A DNA stretch of 64,000 nucleotides from Clostridia bacterium (GTDB lineage Bacteria > Bacillota > Clostridia > Oscillospirales > Acutalibacteraceae), in the NCBI GenBank assembly GCA_017625835.1, contig JAGAKF010000057.1, forward strand, positions 14,662 through 78,661, in the 5' to 3' direction. Every line of letters begins with the position of its first letter. Positions within the stretch are counted from its first letter, which is position 1. Under the pieces are notes generated by a model. It was not told where the DNA came from, searched no databases, and saw only the letters and a program-made list of their open reading frames with translations. This document shows, one piece after another, positions 1 through 6,794 of the stretch. The position numbers and the translations under genes are program-made.

Positions 1-818
1 AATATATTACCCATAAGGGTCAGATCGAAGCCGTTAATGCGATTAATTCGCTCGGTCTTGTCAAGCTGTTGTTTTACGGTGTTTACGATATGGCCAAGGA
101 ACTCGGCCTCAATTCCGAAAAATATCCTTTGTGGGAAGATATAATTGAGAACCTCAGCGATTTCCCGACGTTTATAAAACACGGTAAGCGTTGCTTCCGT
201 TATTCCAAGAGAGGCATACGTTGGAGAAACGAAAACACTGTCGGTCTTCAGCATATTTATCCTGCTTCGCAGATCGGTCTTGCTTCGGGCGAAAAGCTTC
301 TCAAGATTGCGCGGAACACATATTTCATCAACGACAGAAGACTTGACGACAACGGCTCAAACTCATATCTCCCCGCAGGTGCAAGAATCGGTGTTGAACC
401 TGAATTTCTTCTTGAAGGCATCCGTCAGAACATAAAAGAATTCGGACTTCCGAACAGACTTTTCCGTCATCACGGCGGTGGCATCGAGCACCTTACAACC
501 GTTCCTGCTACAATCAACGAAATGCTGATGCAAAGCCACGAAGGCATCATAAGGCTTTTCCCTTGCTGGAACAAAAAGTCCTCCGCTTCATTCGAAAATC
601 TTCGTGCGGACGGTGCTTTCCTTGTTTCTGCAGAGCTTGAAAACGAGCAGATCACTTCACTTAAAATAAAAAGCATCAAGGGAAGAAAATGTACCGTTGA
701 ATGTGCGGATATAAAGGCTGTCATCCGAGAGTCGGATAAAAAAGAAATCCCGTTCACAAAGGACGGAAATACAGTTTCTTTCGAAACACAGGCAGATACA
801 TCTTACGTGCTGATATAA
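1..818 (+). CDS. glycoside hydrolase, C-terminal part (GH95-like tail); 5' end lies outside the window
   Basis: Frame is open from nt 3 with no stop upstream of the TTG at 69, so the gene starts left of the window. The tail ...GIIRLFPCWNKK..LRADGAFLVSAELENEQITSLKIKS..GRKCTV resembles the C-terminal beta-sandwich of (alpha/alpha)6 glycosidases such as GH95. Confidence 0.55.
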   Translation, partial: YITHKGQIEAVNAINSLGLVKLLFYGVYDMAKELGLNSEKYPLWEDIIENLSDFPTFIKHGKRCFRYSKRGIRWRNENTVGLQHIYPASQIGLASGEKLLKIARNTYFINDRRLDDNGSNSYLPAGARIGVEPEFLLEGIRQNIKEFGLPNRLFRHHGGGIEHLTTVPATINEMLMQSHEGIIRLFPCWNKKSSASFENLRADGAFLVSAELENEQITSLKIKSIKGRKCTVECADIKAVIRESDKKEIPFTKDGNTVSFETQADTSYVLI

Positions 819-871
819 AGCAATAAAAATCCCCGAACACTTTTCCTCAACGGTTGGTATTCGGGGTTGTT

Positions 872-1465
872 TTATTGTCTGATTTTTTTACCTGAAACGA
901 TATAAATTTCGTCTGTTGAAATTCTTGTATCAACATCAAAATACGGTTTCATTGTTTCTGCCAATTCGTCCGCTTGCGGCAGAATCTTCGAAAAATTTTT
1001 TGCACTTCCCGAATGATGCTTCATGAGATCATTTCTGCTCATCCCGTGCGCAACCGTAATTCTTCCGCCAACTTCAAGGCACTTTGAAAGATTTTCAAAA
1101 AGCTGTTCACTGTCCGTAAAATGCGGAAACGCGTTGTAAATCATCACGCAGTCAAACCTTTCCGAAAATTCGGCTTGCTCCGCATCGGCACACACAAACT
1201 CAATGTTTTCGTGTGCCGAGAATTTGCTCTTTGCAATCCTGATCATTTTTTCCGAAATATCAACAGCGACACATTTTCTGACGTTTCGTGCAATATAATC
1301 GGGAACAAGAACGCCCGTGCCGCACGCAACGTCAAGGACCGCCTTGCCTGCCATTACTCCTGCAGCGTCGAAAATCTTATCAATTTTCCATTGTTCTTTG
1401 ATCATACAGTCGTCCCACGAATCGGCAACCGAATCAAAAAACTCCACAACTTCTTTTTTATCCAT
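872..1465 (-). CDS. class I SAM-dependent methyltransferase
   Basis: 197-aa ORF with SAM-binding motif VLDVACGTGVL and an acidic residue after beta-2 (VAVDIS). Confidence 0.8.
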   Translation of the reverse strand: MDKKEVVEFFDSVADSWDDCMIKEQWKIDKIFDAAGVMAGKAVLDVACGTGVLVPDYIARNVRKCVAVDISEKMIRIAKSKFSAHENIEFVCADAEQAEFSERFDCVMIYNAFPHFTDSEQLFENLSKCLEVGGRITVAHGMSRNDLMKHHSGSAKNFSKILPQADELAETMKPYFDVDTRISTDEIYIVSGKKIRQ

Positions 1466-1572
1466 TATAACCTCTTGTAAATTAAAGTTAAAAATTCAGC
1501 AATAACCTGCATTAATACTGTTTACAGAATTGTACCATATCTGTATAGAAAAATCTACAACATTCGACTATT

Positions 1573-1588
1573 CGGAGTGCAAGGGATT
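1573..1588. repeat. 15/16-nt direct copy of the tRNA-Ser 3' end (candidate distal att site)
   Basis: Direct comparison with 19223-19238. Confidence 0.5.
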
Positions 1589-1695
1589 TTGTCCCGGCGC
1601 TGCCCGCGCCTTTCGCCTCGCTTCGCTCGTTGCCCCGTCGGCAGAAACAGTCCACCGGACTGTTTCTTTCCGCAAACTTCGTTTGCTCCCTCCTT

Positions 1696-1711
1696 GTTCG
1701 AATCCCTTGCT
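1696..1711. repeat. 16/16-nt inverted copy of the tRNA-Ser T-arm/acceptor 3' segment
   Basis: gttcgaatcccttgct equals the tRNA sense strand GTTCGAATCCCTTGCT, in inverted orientation relative to the tRNA gene. Confidence 0.5.
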
Positions 1712-1725
1712 TTCAAAATCTAATC

Positions 1726-1770
1726 AAAAAAGTAAAGGTAGCTCCTTTCGGAACTACCTTTACTTTTTTT
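1726..1770. terminator. bidirectional intrinsic terminator hairpin
   Basis: A-run, 11-bp perfect stem agtaaaggtag/ctacctttact (1731-1741 / 1754-1764), then a T7 run. Confidence 0.6.
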
Positions 1771-1796
1771 GTGTTTACAGCTTAAAATGGCAACAA
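1765..1796. repeat. 32-bp direct repeat copy 1 (TTTTTTGTGTTTACAGCTYAAAATRGCAACAA)
   Basis: 30/32 identical to 2765-2796, offset exactly 1000 bp. Confidence 0.8.
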
Positions 1797-2135
1797 TCAT
1801 AAATTATCAATATCAGATTTGAAAATTTCAACATAACACTGACTACCATTATATAAGCTATCAGTTGTTGCTTCAATCTTTGACAATAGTTCGGTTGTAT
1901 TTACATCAAATTGCAGATGCTCAATTTCTTCAGGAAGTTCGTTCCTTGCAATACAAATAAATTCCCCTTTATCCCAATCAATATCGAAGCTTGTAACAAT
2001 TGTTGTTCCGTCTGAAATATCGAAAAATTTTTCTTCATTGTCTATAAAAGATTCATACAAAAATTCAAATAATGCCTCTTTTCCAATTTTAATTATACGA
2101 TATTTATTATCGGGTATTCTTTTGTTTTCATTCAT
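1797..2135 (-). CDS. hypothetical strongly acidic 112-aa protein
   Basis: ORF 4 nt downstream of the four-helix-bundle gene. By my count it has about 25 D/E against 11 K/R. No recognisable motif. Confidence 0.6.
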   Translation of the reverse strand: MNENKRIPDNKYRIIKIGKEALFEFLYESFIDNEEKFFDISDGTTIVTSFDIDWDKGEFICIARNELPEEIEHLQFDVNTTELLSKIEATTDSLYNGSQCYVEIFKSDIDNL

Positions 2136-2139
2136 AAAA

Positions 2140-2499
2140 TCAACACCTTACTTTATCAATGCTTTCCTTTAAAGTTTTACAACTTGAAATTAACATTCTT
2201 CTGATTCTACCACAAAGATTTCTGTACTTTTTATAAGTAAGCTCATCTATTGCATTTGTATTAAATAGGAGTTTTAACCAGCCTTCTGTTTCACTGCATT
2301 CTTTCAAAGAAATCTCAAATTTAGAAAGCATATCAGCTTTGCTTTGACCATAATTTGCTTCACGAATATTCGCATAAACACTGCTTGAACTTTTGCGAAT
2401 TTGAAATATAGTGTTTGACGAAGCTTTAATATTTTGGCAAAGTAATTCTATATCCGTCGCTAACCGTTCAGAATACATAAGCAGATAATTAGGAGACAT
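2140..2499 (-). CDS. four-helix-bundle protein (23S rRNA intervening-sequence protein / DGR Avd-like family)
   Basis: Family-typical core ...IRKSSSSVYANIREANYGQSKADMLSKFEISLKECSETEGWLKLL... Start placed at the ATG at 2499 (MSPNYLL) behind RBS AAGGAAG and a consensus promoter. The longer track ORF to 2748 runs through a non-coding repeat array. Confidence 0.75.
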   Translation of the reverse strand: MSPNYLLMYSERLATDIELLCQNIKASSNTIFQIRKSSSSVYANIREANYGQSKADMLSKFEISLKECSETEGWLKLLFNTNAIDELTYKKYRNLCGRIRRMLISSCKTLKESIDKVRC

Positions 2500-2521
2500 A
2501 TAACCACTTCCTTTTATAGTG

Positions 2522-2550
2522 ATTATACTATAAAGTTTTGCTAAAATCAA
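2522..2550 (-). promoter_or_regulatory. sigma-A type promoter of the four-helix-bundle gene
   Basis: On the minus strand: TTGATT, 17-nt spacer, TATAAT, about 20 nt upstream of the RBS. Confidence 0.6.
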
Positions 2551-2559
2551 TGCGTAGCA

Positions 2560-2716
2560 TTGTATATCATCAATTCCAAAGGAATTGCATATCATCAACT
2601 TCGCAAGAAGTTGTATATCATCAAGCCGACAGAAATACACACCTGCGGTGTGATGAGATACAAGGGCAGCATTGCCGCCCTTGGTGATATACACGCTGAC
2701 GCGTGATGATATACCA
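2560..2716. repeat. array of a 14-bp motif: 3 direct copies TTGYATATCATCAA plus 3 inverted degenerate copies, interleaved with mini-palindromes
   Basis: Direct copies at 2560-2573, 2585-2598 and 2611-2624. Inverted copies at 2651-2663, 2681-2694 and 2704-2716. Spacers are small palindromes (aattccaaaggaatt, acttcgcaagaagt, gggcagcattgccgccc, aagcctgtcggctt). Confidence 0.8.
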
Positions 2717-2733
2717 AGCCTGTCGGCTTGGAT

Positions 2734-2770
2734 AAAAAAATCCGACAAGTCGAAACTTGTCGGATTTTTT
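2734..2770. terminator. bidirectional intrinsic terminator hairpin
   Basis: A7 run, 11-bp perfect stem atccgacaagt/acttgtcggat, then a T6 run. Confidence 0.6.
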
Positions 2771-2796
2771 GTGTTTACAGCTCAAAATAGCAACAA
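2765..2796. repeat. 32-bp direct repeat copy 2
   Basis: 30/32 identical to 1765-1796. Confidence 0.8.
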
Positions 2797-2920
2797 GTCA
2801 AATGACCGTTTTAAATCCAGAGTTTGTCGCTTCTTTTGAAGCAAATGATAATATCGCACATTCGACCTTTCTCTTATAATAAAGTAAAATGTAATTACCA
2901 AGAAAAGAGGAGACGATCTT

Positions 2921-3085
2921 ATGTTTAATAGAAAGAAAAAAATCAAAATTAAACTTGACAGCTTTGAATGTAACTTACTTATCAACGGTATGAATGAGTT
3001 TCGCAATATGCTTTTGGCGGAGGACTTGCCCACTGAGGATGTTGACGAACTGCTTTTAAAACTCATTGATATTTATGAAAAGTAA
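2921..3085 (+). CDS. small hypothetical protein (54 aa, MFNRKKKIKIKLDSFECNLLINGMNEFRNMLLAEDLPTEDVDELLLKLIDIYEK)
   Basis: Not in the ORF track because it is under 60 aa. ATG preceded by RBS AGAGGAG. Its stop overlaps the RBS of the next ORF. Confidence 0.5.
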   Translation: MFNRKKKIKIKLDSFECNLLINGMNEFRNMLLAEDLPTEDVDELLLKLIDIYEK

Positions 3086-3098
3086 GGAGGTTGAATAT

Positions 3099-3371
3099 AT
3101 GTCGAATGTTATTGAAGAATTGTATTACGGCAATCTTGAACCGCAGGAACTGACGACGGAAATTACACCCAAGCTGAAAAAGAAGCTGAGTTCACTTGCA
3201 AAGAAAGAGGAAGAGCTGACAGCTATGCTCCCCGAAAAGGAAAAAGAGTTGTTTGCAAATTATGTGAATTCTCACAATGAATTTTCGAGTATAAGTAATT
3301 CGGACAGCTTCATATCAGGCTTCCGGCTCGGCGCGAGATTTGCATACGATACATTTGTTGAAAGAAAGTGA
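3099..3371 (+). CDS. hypothetical 90-aa protein common in Clostridial mobile elements
   Basis: ATG at 3099 behind RBS AAGGAGG (MSNVIEELYYGNLEPQE...), followed by a terminator. Confidence 0.6.
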   Translation: MSNVIEELYYGNLEPQELTTEITPKLKKKLSSLAKKEEELTAMLPEKEKELFANYVNSHNEFSSISNSDSFISGFRLGARFAYDTFVERK

Positions 3372-3397
3372 AAACCCGATTATTTTTTATTATTGCT

Positions 3398-3431
3398 TAT
3401 AACCATCGACTTGCTCGGTGGTTATTTTTTA
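3398..3431 (+). terminator. intrinsic terminator
   Basis: Stem ataaccatcga/tcggtggttat with one mismatch, followed by T6. Confidence 0.5.
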
Positions 3432-3490
3432 TCATATAAATAACACCATCGTTTACCAATGCTTTTTGGCTCCAATGGTGTCATTTATGT

Positions 3491-3766
3491 TTATGCAGCA
3501 TGTATTTTTTCTTTAATTTCTAAGCCACCTTTAACAATAATCAGTAACTCTTCATTATTTACAACTTTAATACAATCAATAATTCTTCGTACAACAATAT
3601 CATCAAACTCTCCGAAAGAAATATCAAAGCCTTCAAGAAGTTTATTTATCCTTTTTATCTCTTTTTCTGTTTCTTCCTGTGCATCCATTTGTATCTGTAT
3701 TTTTTTCTTTTCTTCTCGCAAAGCAGTTATTTGTAAATAAAGTTTAGATATTTCGTCAAAATATCT
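3491..3766 (-). pseudogene. C-terminal remnant of a large serine recombinase (coiled-coil plus terminal beta region)
   Basis: ...ITALREEKKKIQIQMDAQEETEKEIKRINKLLE...FDDIVVRRIIDCIKVVNNEELLIIVKGGLEIKEKI resembles only the extreme C-terminus of Clostridial large serine recombinases. No catalytic or zinc-ribbon domains lie upstream. Confidence 0.5.
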
Positions 3767-3996
3767 TTTTCTGCTGTCATACCGTGCCAACTGAAAAAGC
3801 CTATTGCCGCAAATGGTGCCGCACCCAAGATGCACACCCAGCTTAAGGTTTCTATACCGAATAAAGGTTTGAGTAAAAAATACAAGCCTACGGCTACACC
3901 GCAGGCAAGAATGGAAAAGATAAATTGACGAAGTGACAGACCGAAGTAGACACTTTCGGTATAGTCACCGATTTCACGGTTTATCTTTACTTCCAA
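3727..3996 (-). pseudogene. PrgI family (VirB3-like) T4SS protein, C-terminus replaced at a deletion junction
   Basis: MEVKINREIGDYTESVYFGLSLRQFIFS...HGMTAEK is typical PrgI. After about nt 3766 the sequence diverges and stops, and no VirB4 gene follows. Confidence 0.55.
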
Positions 3997-4017
3997 ATAG
4001 CATCAGCTCCTTTGTCA

Positions 4018-4857
4018 TTAAAGTCCCATCATTTCCTTAACAACACGGTCAGCCATTTTGACTGTGCCGACAAGGACAATCATGTTAAAGATAAGCTCGC
4101 CTACATAACTCCACACCTGATTAACAGCCGCCGCAGCTTCATCAACTACGGGCGGAGAATCTGCAAACAGAGAGAAGATTATACAGCCGAGTACGATAAT
4201 TGCACCTTCCAGACAGACGGCGGTATATGACTTGATAAAGCTCTTACCAACCGATGAGGAAGGCTCACCTGCAAATGATGAAAGCGGAACGGGTGCAATA
4301 GCTGTGTACAGATATATTTTGAAAAATCTGCCGTACACAGTCATTATCATAATGAAGGACAGTACCGTAATGAAAAGACTGCCGATAAGAGTTACCGCCC
4401 ACAAGGGAACGCTTTCCCAAAATCCGCAATCTTCAATGGCCGTTACTATACTGTCGGGCAAAACCGTCTGACTTACTGCACTAAGTCCTGATGCCGCCAT
4501 TATTTTTGATATAATACCCTGTACAATATCTATAAGAGCCATCATCAGCTCAAGACCGTAGTCAATGGATGCTTTGGCAAGAATAAAACGGATGAACATT
4601 TTGACCGCTATTTCAGGCCTTTTCATTTCCGCAAAGCTGCCGCAGGTTTTCATAACACCGACAACAAAAAAGAGCACTAAAAGCGAATAACCTATCGCCT
4701 GTAATGCTCCGTGTATGTTTGTTATGACATTCCATATTTCACCGCCCTTGAACTGTTCCGGGGACTGTGTTATTAATAGCCATATTTCGCTTAATTTATC
4801 GTTCCAAGTTTCAAGTGCTTTTTGCAAGTTTTGGACAACCCAATTACTTGATTCCAT
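4018..4857 (-). CDS. VirB6/TrbL-like polytopic membrane protein of Firmicutes conjugative elements
   Basis: 279 aa from the ATG at 4857 behind RBS GGGAGGA (MESSNWVVQNLQKALETW...). It has multiple TM helices and lies directly upstream of PrgI, as in Clostridial ICE T4SS modules. Confidence 0.6.
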   Translation of the reverse strand: MESSNWVVQNLQKALETWNDKLSEIWLLITQSPEQFKGGEIWNVITNIHGALQAIGYSLLVLFFVVGVMKTCGSFAEMKRPEIAVKMFIRFILAKASIDYGLELMMALIDIVQGIISKIMAASGLSAVSQTVLPDSIVTAIEDCGFWESVPLWAVTLIGSLFITVLSFIMIMTVYGRFFKIYLYTAIAPVPLSSFAGEPSSSVGKSFIKSYTAVCLEGAIIVLGCIIFSLFADSPPVVDEAAAAVNQVWSYVGELIFNMIVLVGTVKMADRVVKEMMGL

Positions 4858-4919
4858 TGGATTCCTCCCTTCTTGAAAGGATAAAGGAGTATGCAAAAGT
4901 TATTGCATACCCCTTTTTG

Positions 4920-5426
4920 TTATACAGTTATTTGCTTAATTGTTTTTCCTGACTGTTTAGCATAATTGACTGTGTTTGCTGTTCCGCCTTTACTGCCGTT
5001 CCAAACAGCTACAACAATATCTGATTTATCAACCATATATTTGTTTCGCTTCATCATACAATCAGCAGTGTAGTGTGTTTGCAACAACGTTTCCTTATCA
5101 GAAGCAATAATGGTATTGAAATATCTATCTCGGTACTTTTCAGTCCACTTTGCTGCTTGTGTTTCGCACGGTATTGCACATTCCAATGTAATTTGCGGAT
5201 ATGTCTTTTTTAGGTCAAGAACTATCTCAGCACAAATCATATCAACGCCTAAAGCCATTCCTGATATAAAGTGAAATGCGTTTTCTTTCTCAATTAATTC
5301 TGTAATAGTGTTTTTAATTTGCATTTTTAAATTTTTACACATCTCACACTCCTCATTCCAAAGAAATTTAAGAGTTTGAGGTCTGTGACCCGTAAAACAT
5401 ACTGTTTTTTCGACTGAGTTTGACAT
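4920..5426 (-). CDS. SLOG-fold protein (YpsA/DUF1273 family)
   Basis: Motifs CFTGHRP, ISGMALGVD and NGSKGGTANTV. Start at the ATG at 5426 behind RBS GGAGGA. Confidence 0.7.
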   Translation of the reverse strand: MSNSVEKTVCFTGHRPQTLKFLWNEECEMCKNLKMQIKNTITELIEKENAFHFISGMALGVDMICAEIVLDLKKTYPQITLECAIPCETQAAKWTEKYRDRYFNTIIASDKETLLQTHYTADCMMKRNKYMVDKSDIVVAVWNGSKGGTANTVNYAKQSGKTIKQITV

Positions 5427-5564
5427 TTGTTTATCCTCCATATATTACTTACAATCAACTTGTTTGACTGTAAGTTAGAGTTTACACTATATAAAACAAA
5501 TAATTTGTCGAAAAAAGAATTCTTAATAAAAAAAGTCTGCAACATATTAGTTACAGACTTTTCA

Positions 5565-5894
5565 TTAGTTTCTACTTGCAGTTTTTATCAGCGTTTCAAG
5601 AATAGCATAAATTCTTTCTTGCTCTTCAACCGGAAGTTTAGCTATTTCCTCAAAGAGTTGTGGACCCTTTGCTTGATGACTATTTTTTATAACATCTTGG
5701 AATATATCATCAGCACTGCAACCGATACAGTTAATAATATTTACAAGTATGTTAAGGTTTACAGAACTTCTTCCGCTTTCAATCGAATAAATGTAATTTG
5801 TAGAAACATTAGCCGCTTCAGCAACTTGTTCCTGAGTTAAATGATTAAATTTTCGATATTCTTTAAGACGAGAGCCAATATGTTTTAGTACCAT
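5565..5894 (-). CDS. XRE-family helix-turn-helix transcriptional regulator
   Basis: LTQEQVAEAANVSTNYIYSIESG HTH motif. A terminator follows (aagtctg...cagactt plus T-run on the minus strand). Confidence 0.8.
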   Translation of the reverse strand: MVLKHIGSRLKEYRKFNHLTQEQVAEAANVSTNYIYSIESGRSSVNLNILVNIINCIGCSADDIFQDVIKNSHQAKGPQLFEEIAKLPVEEQERIYAILETLIKTASRN

Positions 5895-6012
5895 TCTTTC
5901 ATCTCCTTACTAACACTGTCAGTAAAATATTTTGACTAACAATGATAGTATAATGCAAATTTTAGCCTTTAAACACCAACCTACAGAATAATGATTTGCT
6001 TGATAGTCAGTG

Positions 6013-6285
6013 TTATCCGGTAATAAGGTCAAGAATTTCTTTTGCAAAGGTGATAATAATACCACCCGCAACGGTAAGAAAGCCGTTTGCTCTCTGTGAG
6101 GGGTCGTGTGACTTAAGCGAGAGACCGACCTGAACAACACCGAAGCCGAGAATAATCATACCGACAGCACGGATAAGACCGAAGATGAAGGTTGAAAGGT
6201 TATTAACAACAGCTACGGGATCATCAGCCGCAAAGGCTGTAAGACCGAGAGAGCAGAACATTGTGATGCAAAGGATAATGCCCAC
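6013..6285 (-). CDS. Maff2 family small membrane protein (ICE-associated)
   Basis: ...IRAVGMIILGFGVVQVGLSLKSHDPSQRANGFLTVAGGIIITFAKEI is the Maff2 signature as I recall it. GTG start with a weak RBS, so the N-terminus is uncertain. Confidence 0.65.
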   Translation of the reverse strand: MGIILCITMFCSLGLTAFAADDPVAVVNNLSTFIFGLIRAVGMIILGFGVVQVGLSLKSHDPSQRANGFLTVAGGIIITFAKEILDLITG

Positions 6286-6365
6286 ATTCTTTCTTATTGT
6301 GCTTATTCAAGGTTTTAACCGAAGATAAGATTGCAGAAAAAAGATACGAGGAAAAGTTTTTAATT

Positions 6366-6794
6366 TTATTTTGCAATGTTTCTTTCTTTTCTTTCAGGTT
6401 CATTAGAACTAACCTCACCTTCATCAATCTCATTATCCTTATGGTCCATATCAAGCAGAGCGTTAAGCTCAGCCAAGCGTTCACTTTTTTCTTTGAGCTC
6501 CTGCTCCTTCGGGAACGGTCTTTCGATTTCTGCCTTTGCATTTTCAATCTGCTTTTCTGTTTCAGCAAGCTTCTCCTTACAGGCTTCAAGTCTATCAGGC
6601 AGACGAGAGATGAGATTATCAAGTCGAGTGATATTACCCTGAATATCACCGCCGACTGAAATTCCCGACTTGTTCTGCTGAAGGAATTTCATCCTCATCA
6701 TACCGTACCTGCCAAGAGTAACGTTCTCCTCCTCCGGCAGTTTGATGTTCGGGATTTTGTAATCTCCGACCTGTCTGTACTGAATCTGTGACAT
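6366..6794 (-). pseudogene. chimeric ORF: TnpV-like N-terminus joined to the coiled-coil tail of a large ICE helicase/methylase-type protein
   Basis: MSQIQYRQVGDYKIPNIKLPEEE..GRYGMMRMKFLQQNK is TnpV-like. It is followed by ...ITRLDNLISRLPDRLEACKEKLAETEKQIENAKAEIERPFPKEQELKEKSERLAELNALLDMD. RBS AAAGGAG precedes the ATG at 6794. Confidence 0.4.

Noticed and set aside
1530-1802. 90-aa ORF across the GC-rich tRNA-like element
   Set aside because: It has no RBS and an alternative start, its composition is typical of translated GC-rich hairpin repeats, and it spans a terminator hairpin.
2500-2748. N-terminal 83 codons of the 202-aa track ORF 2140..2748
   Set aside because: This part runs straight through the 14-bp motif array, its hairpins and a consensus promoter. 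The family-typical four-helix-bundle sequence begins only at the ATG at 2499, which has its own RBS.
1726-3371. Diversity-generating retroelement suggested by the Avd-like gene
   Set aside because: No reverse transcriptase ORF exists in any frame nearby. The only repeats are 32 bp long and differ at T/C and G/A positions, not in the adenine-specific pattern of TR/VR pairs.
6224-6659. Overlapping ORFs 6224..6649 (minus) and 6297..6659 / 6376..6642 (plus)
   Set aside because: They are alternative frames of the K/E-rich coiled-coil-coding segment. They have low-complexity sequence and no RBS.
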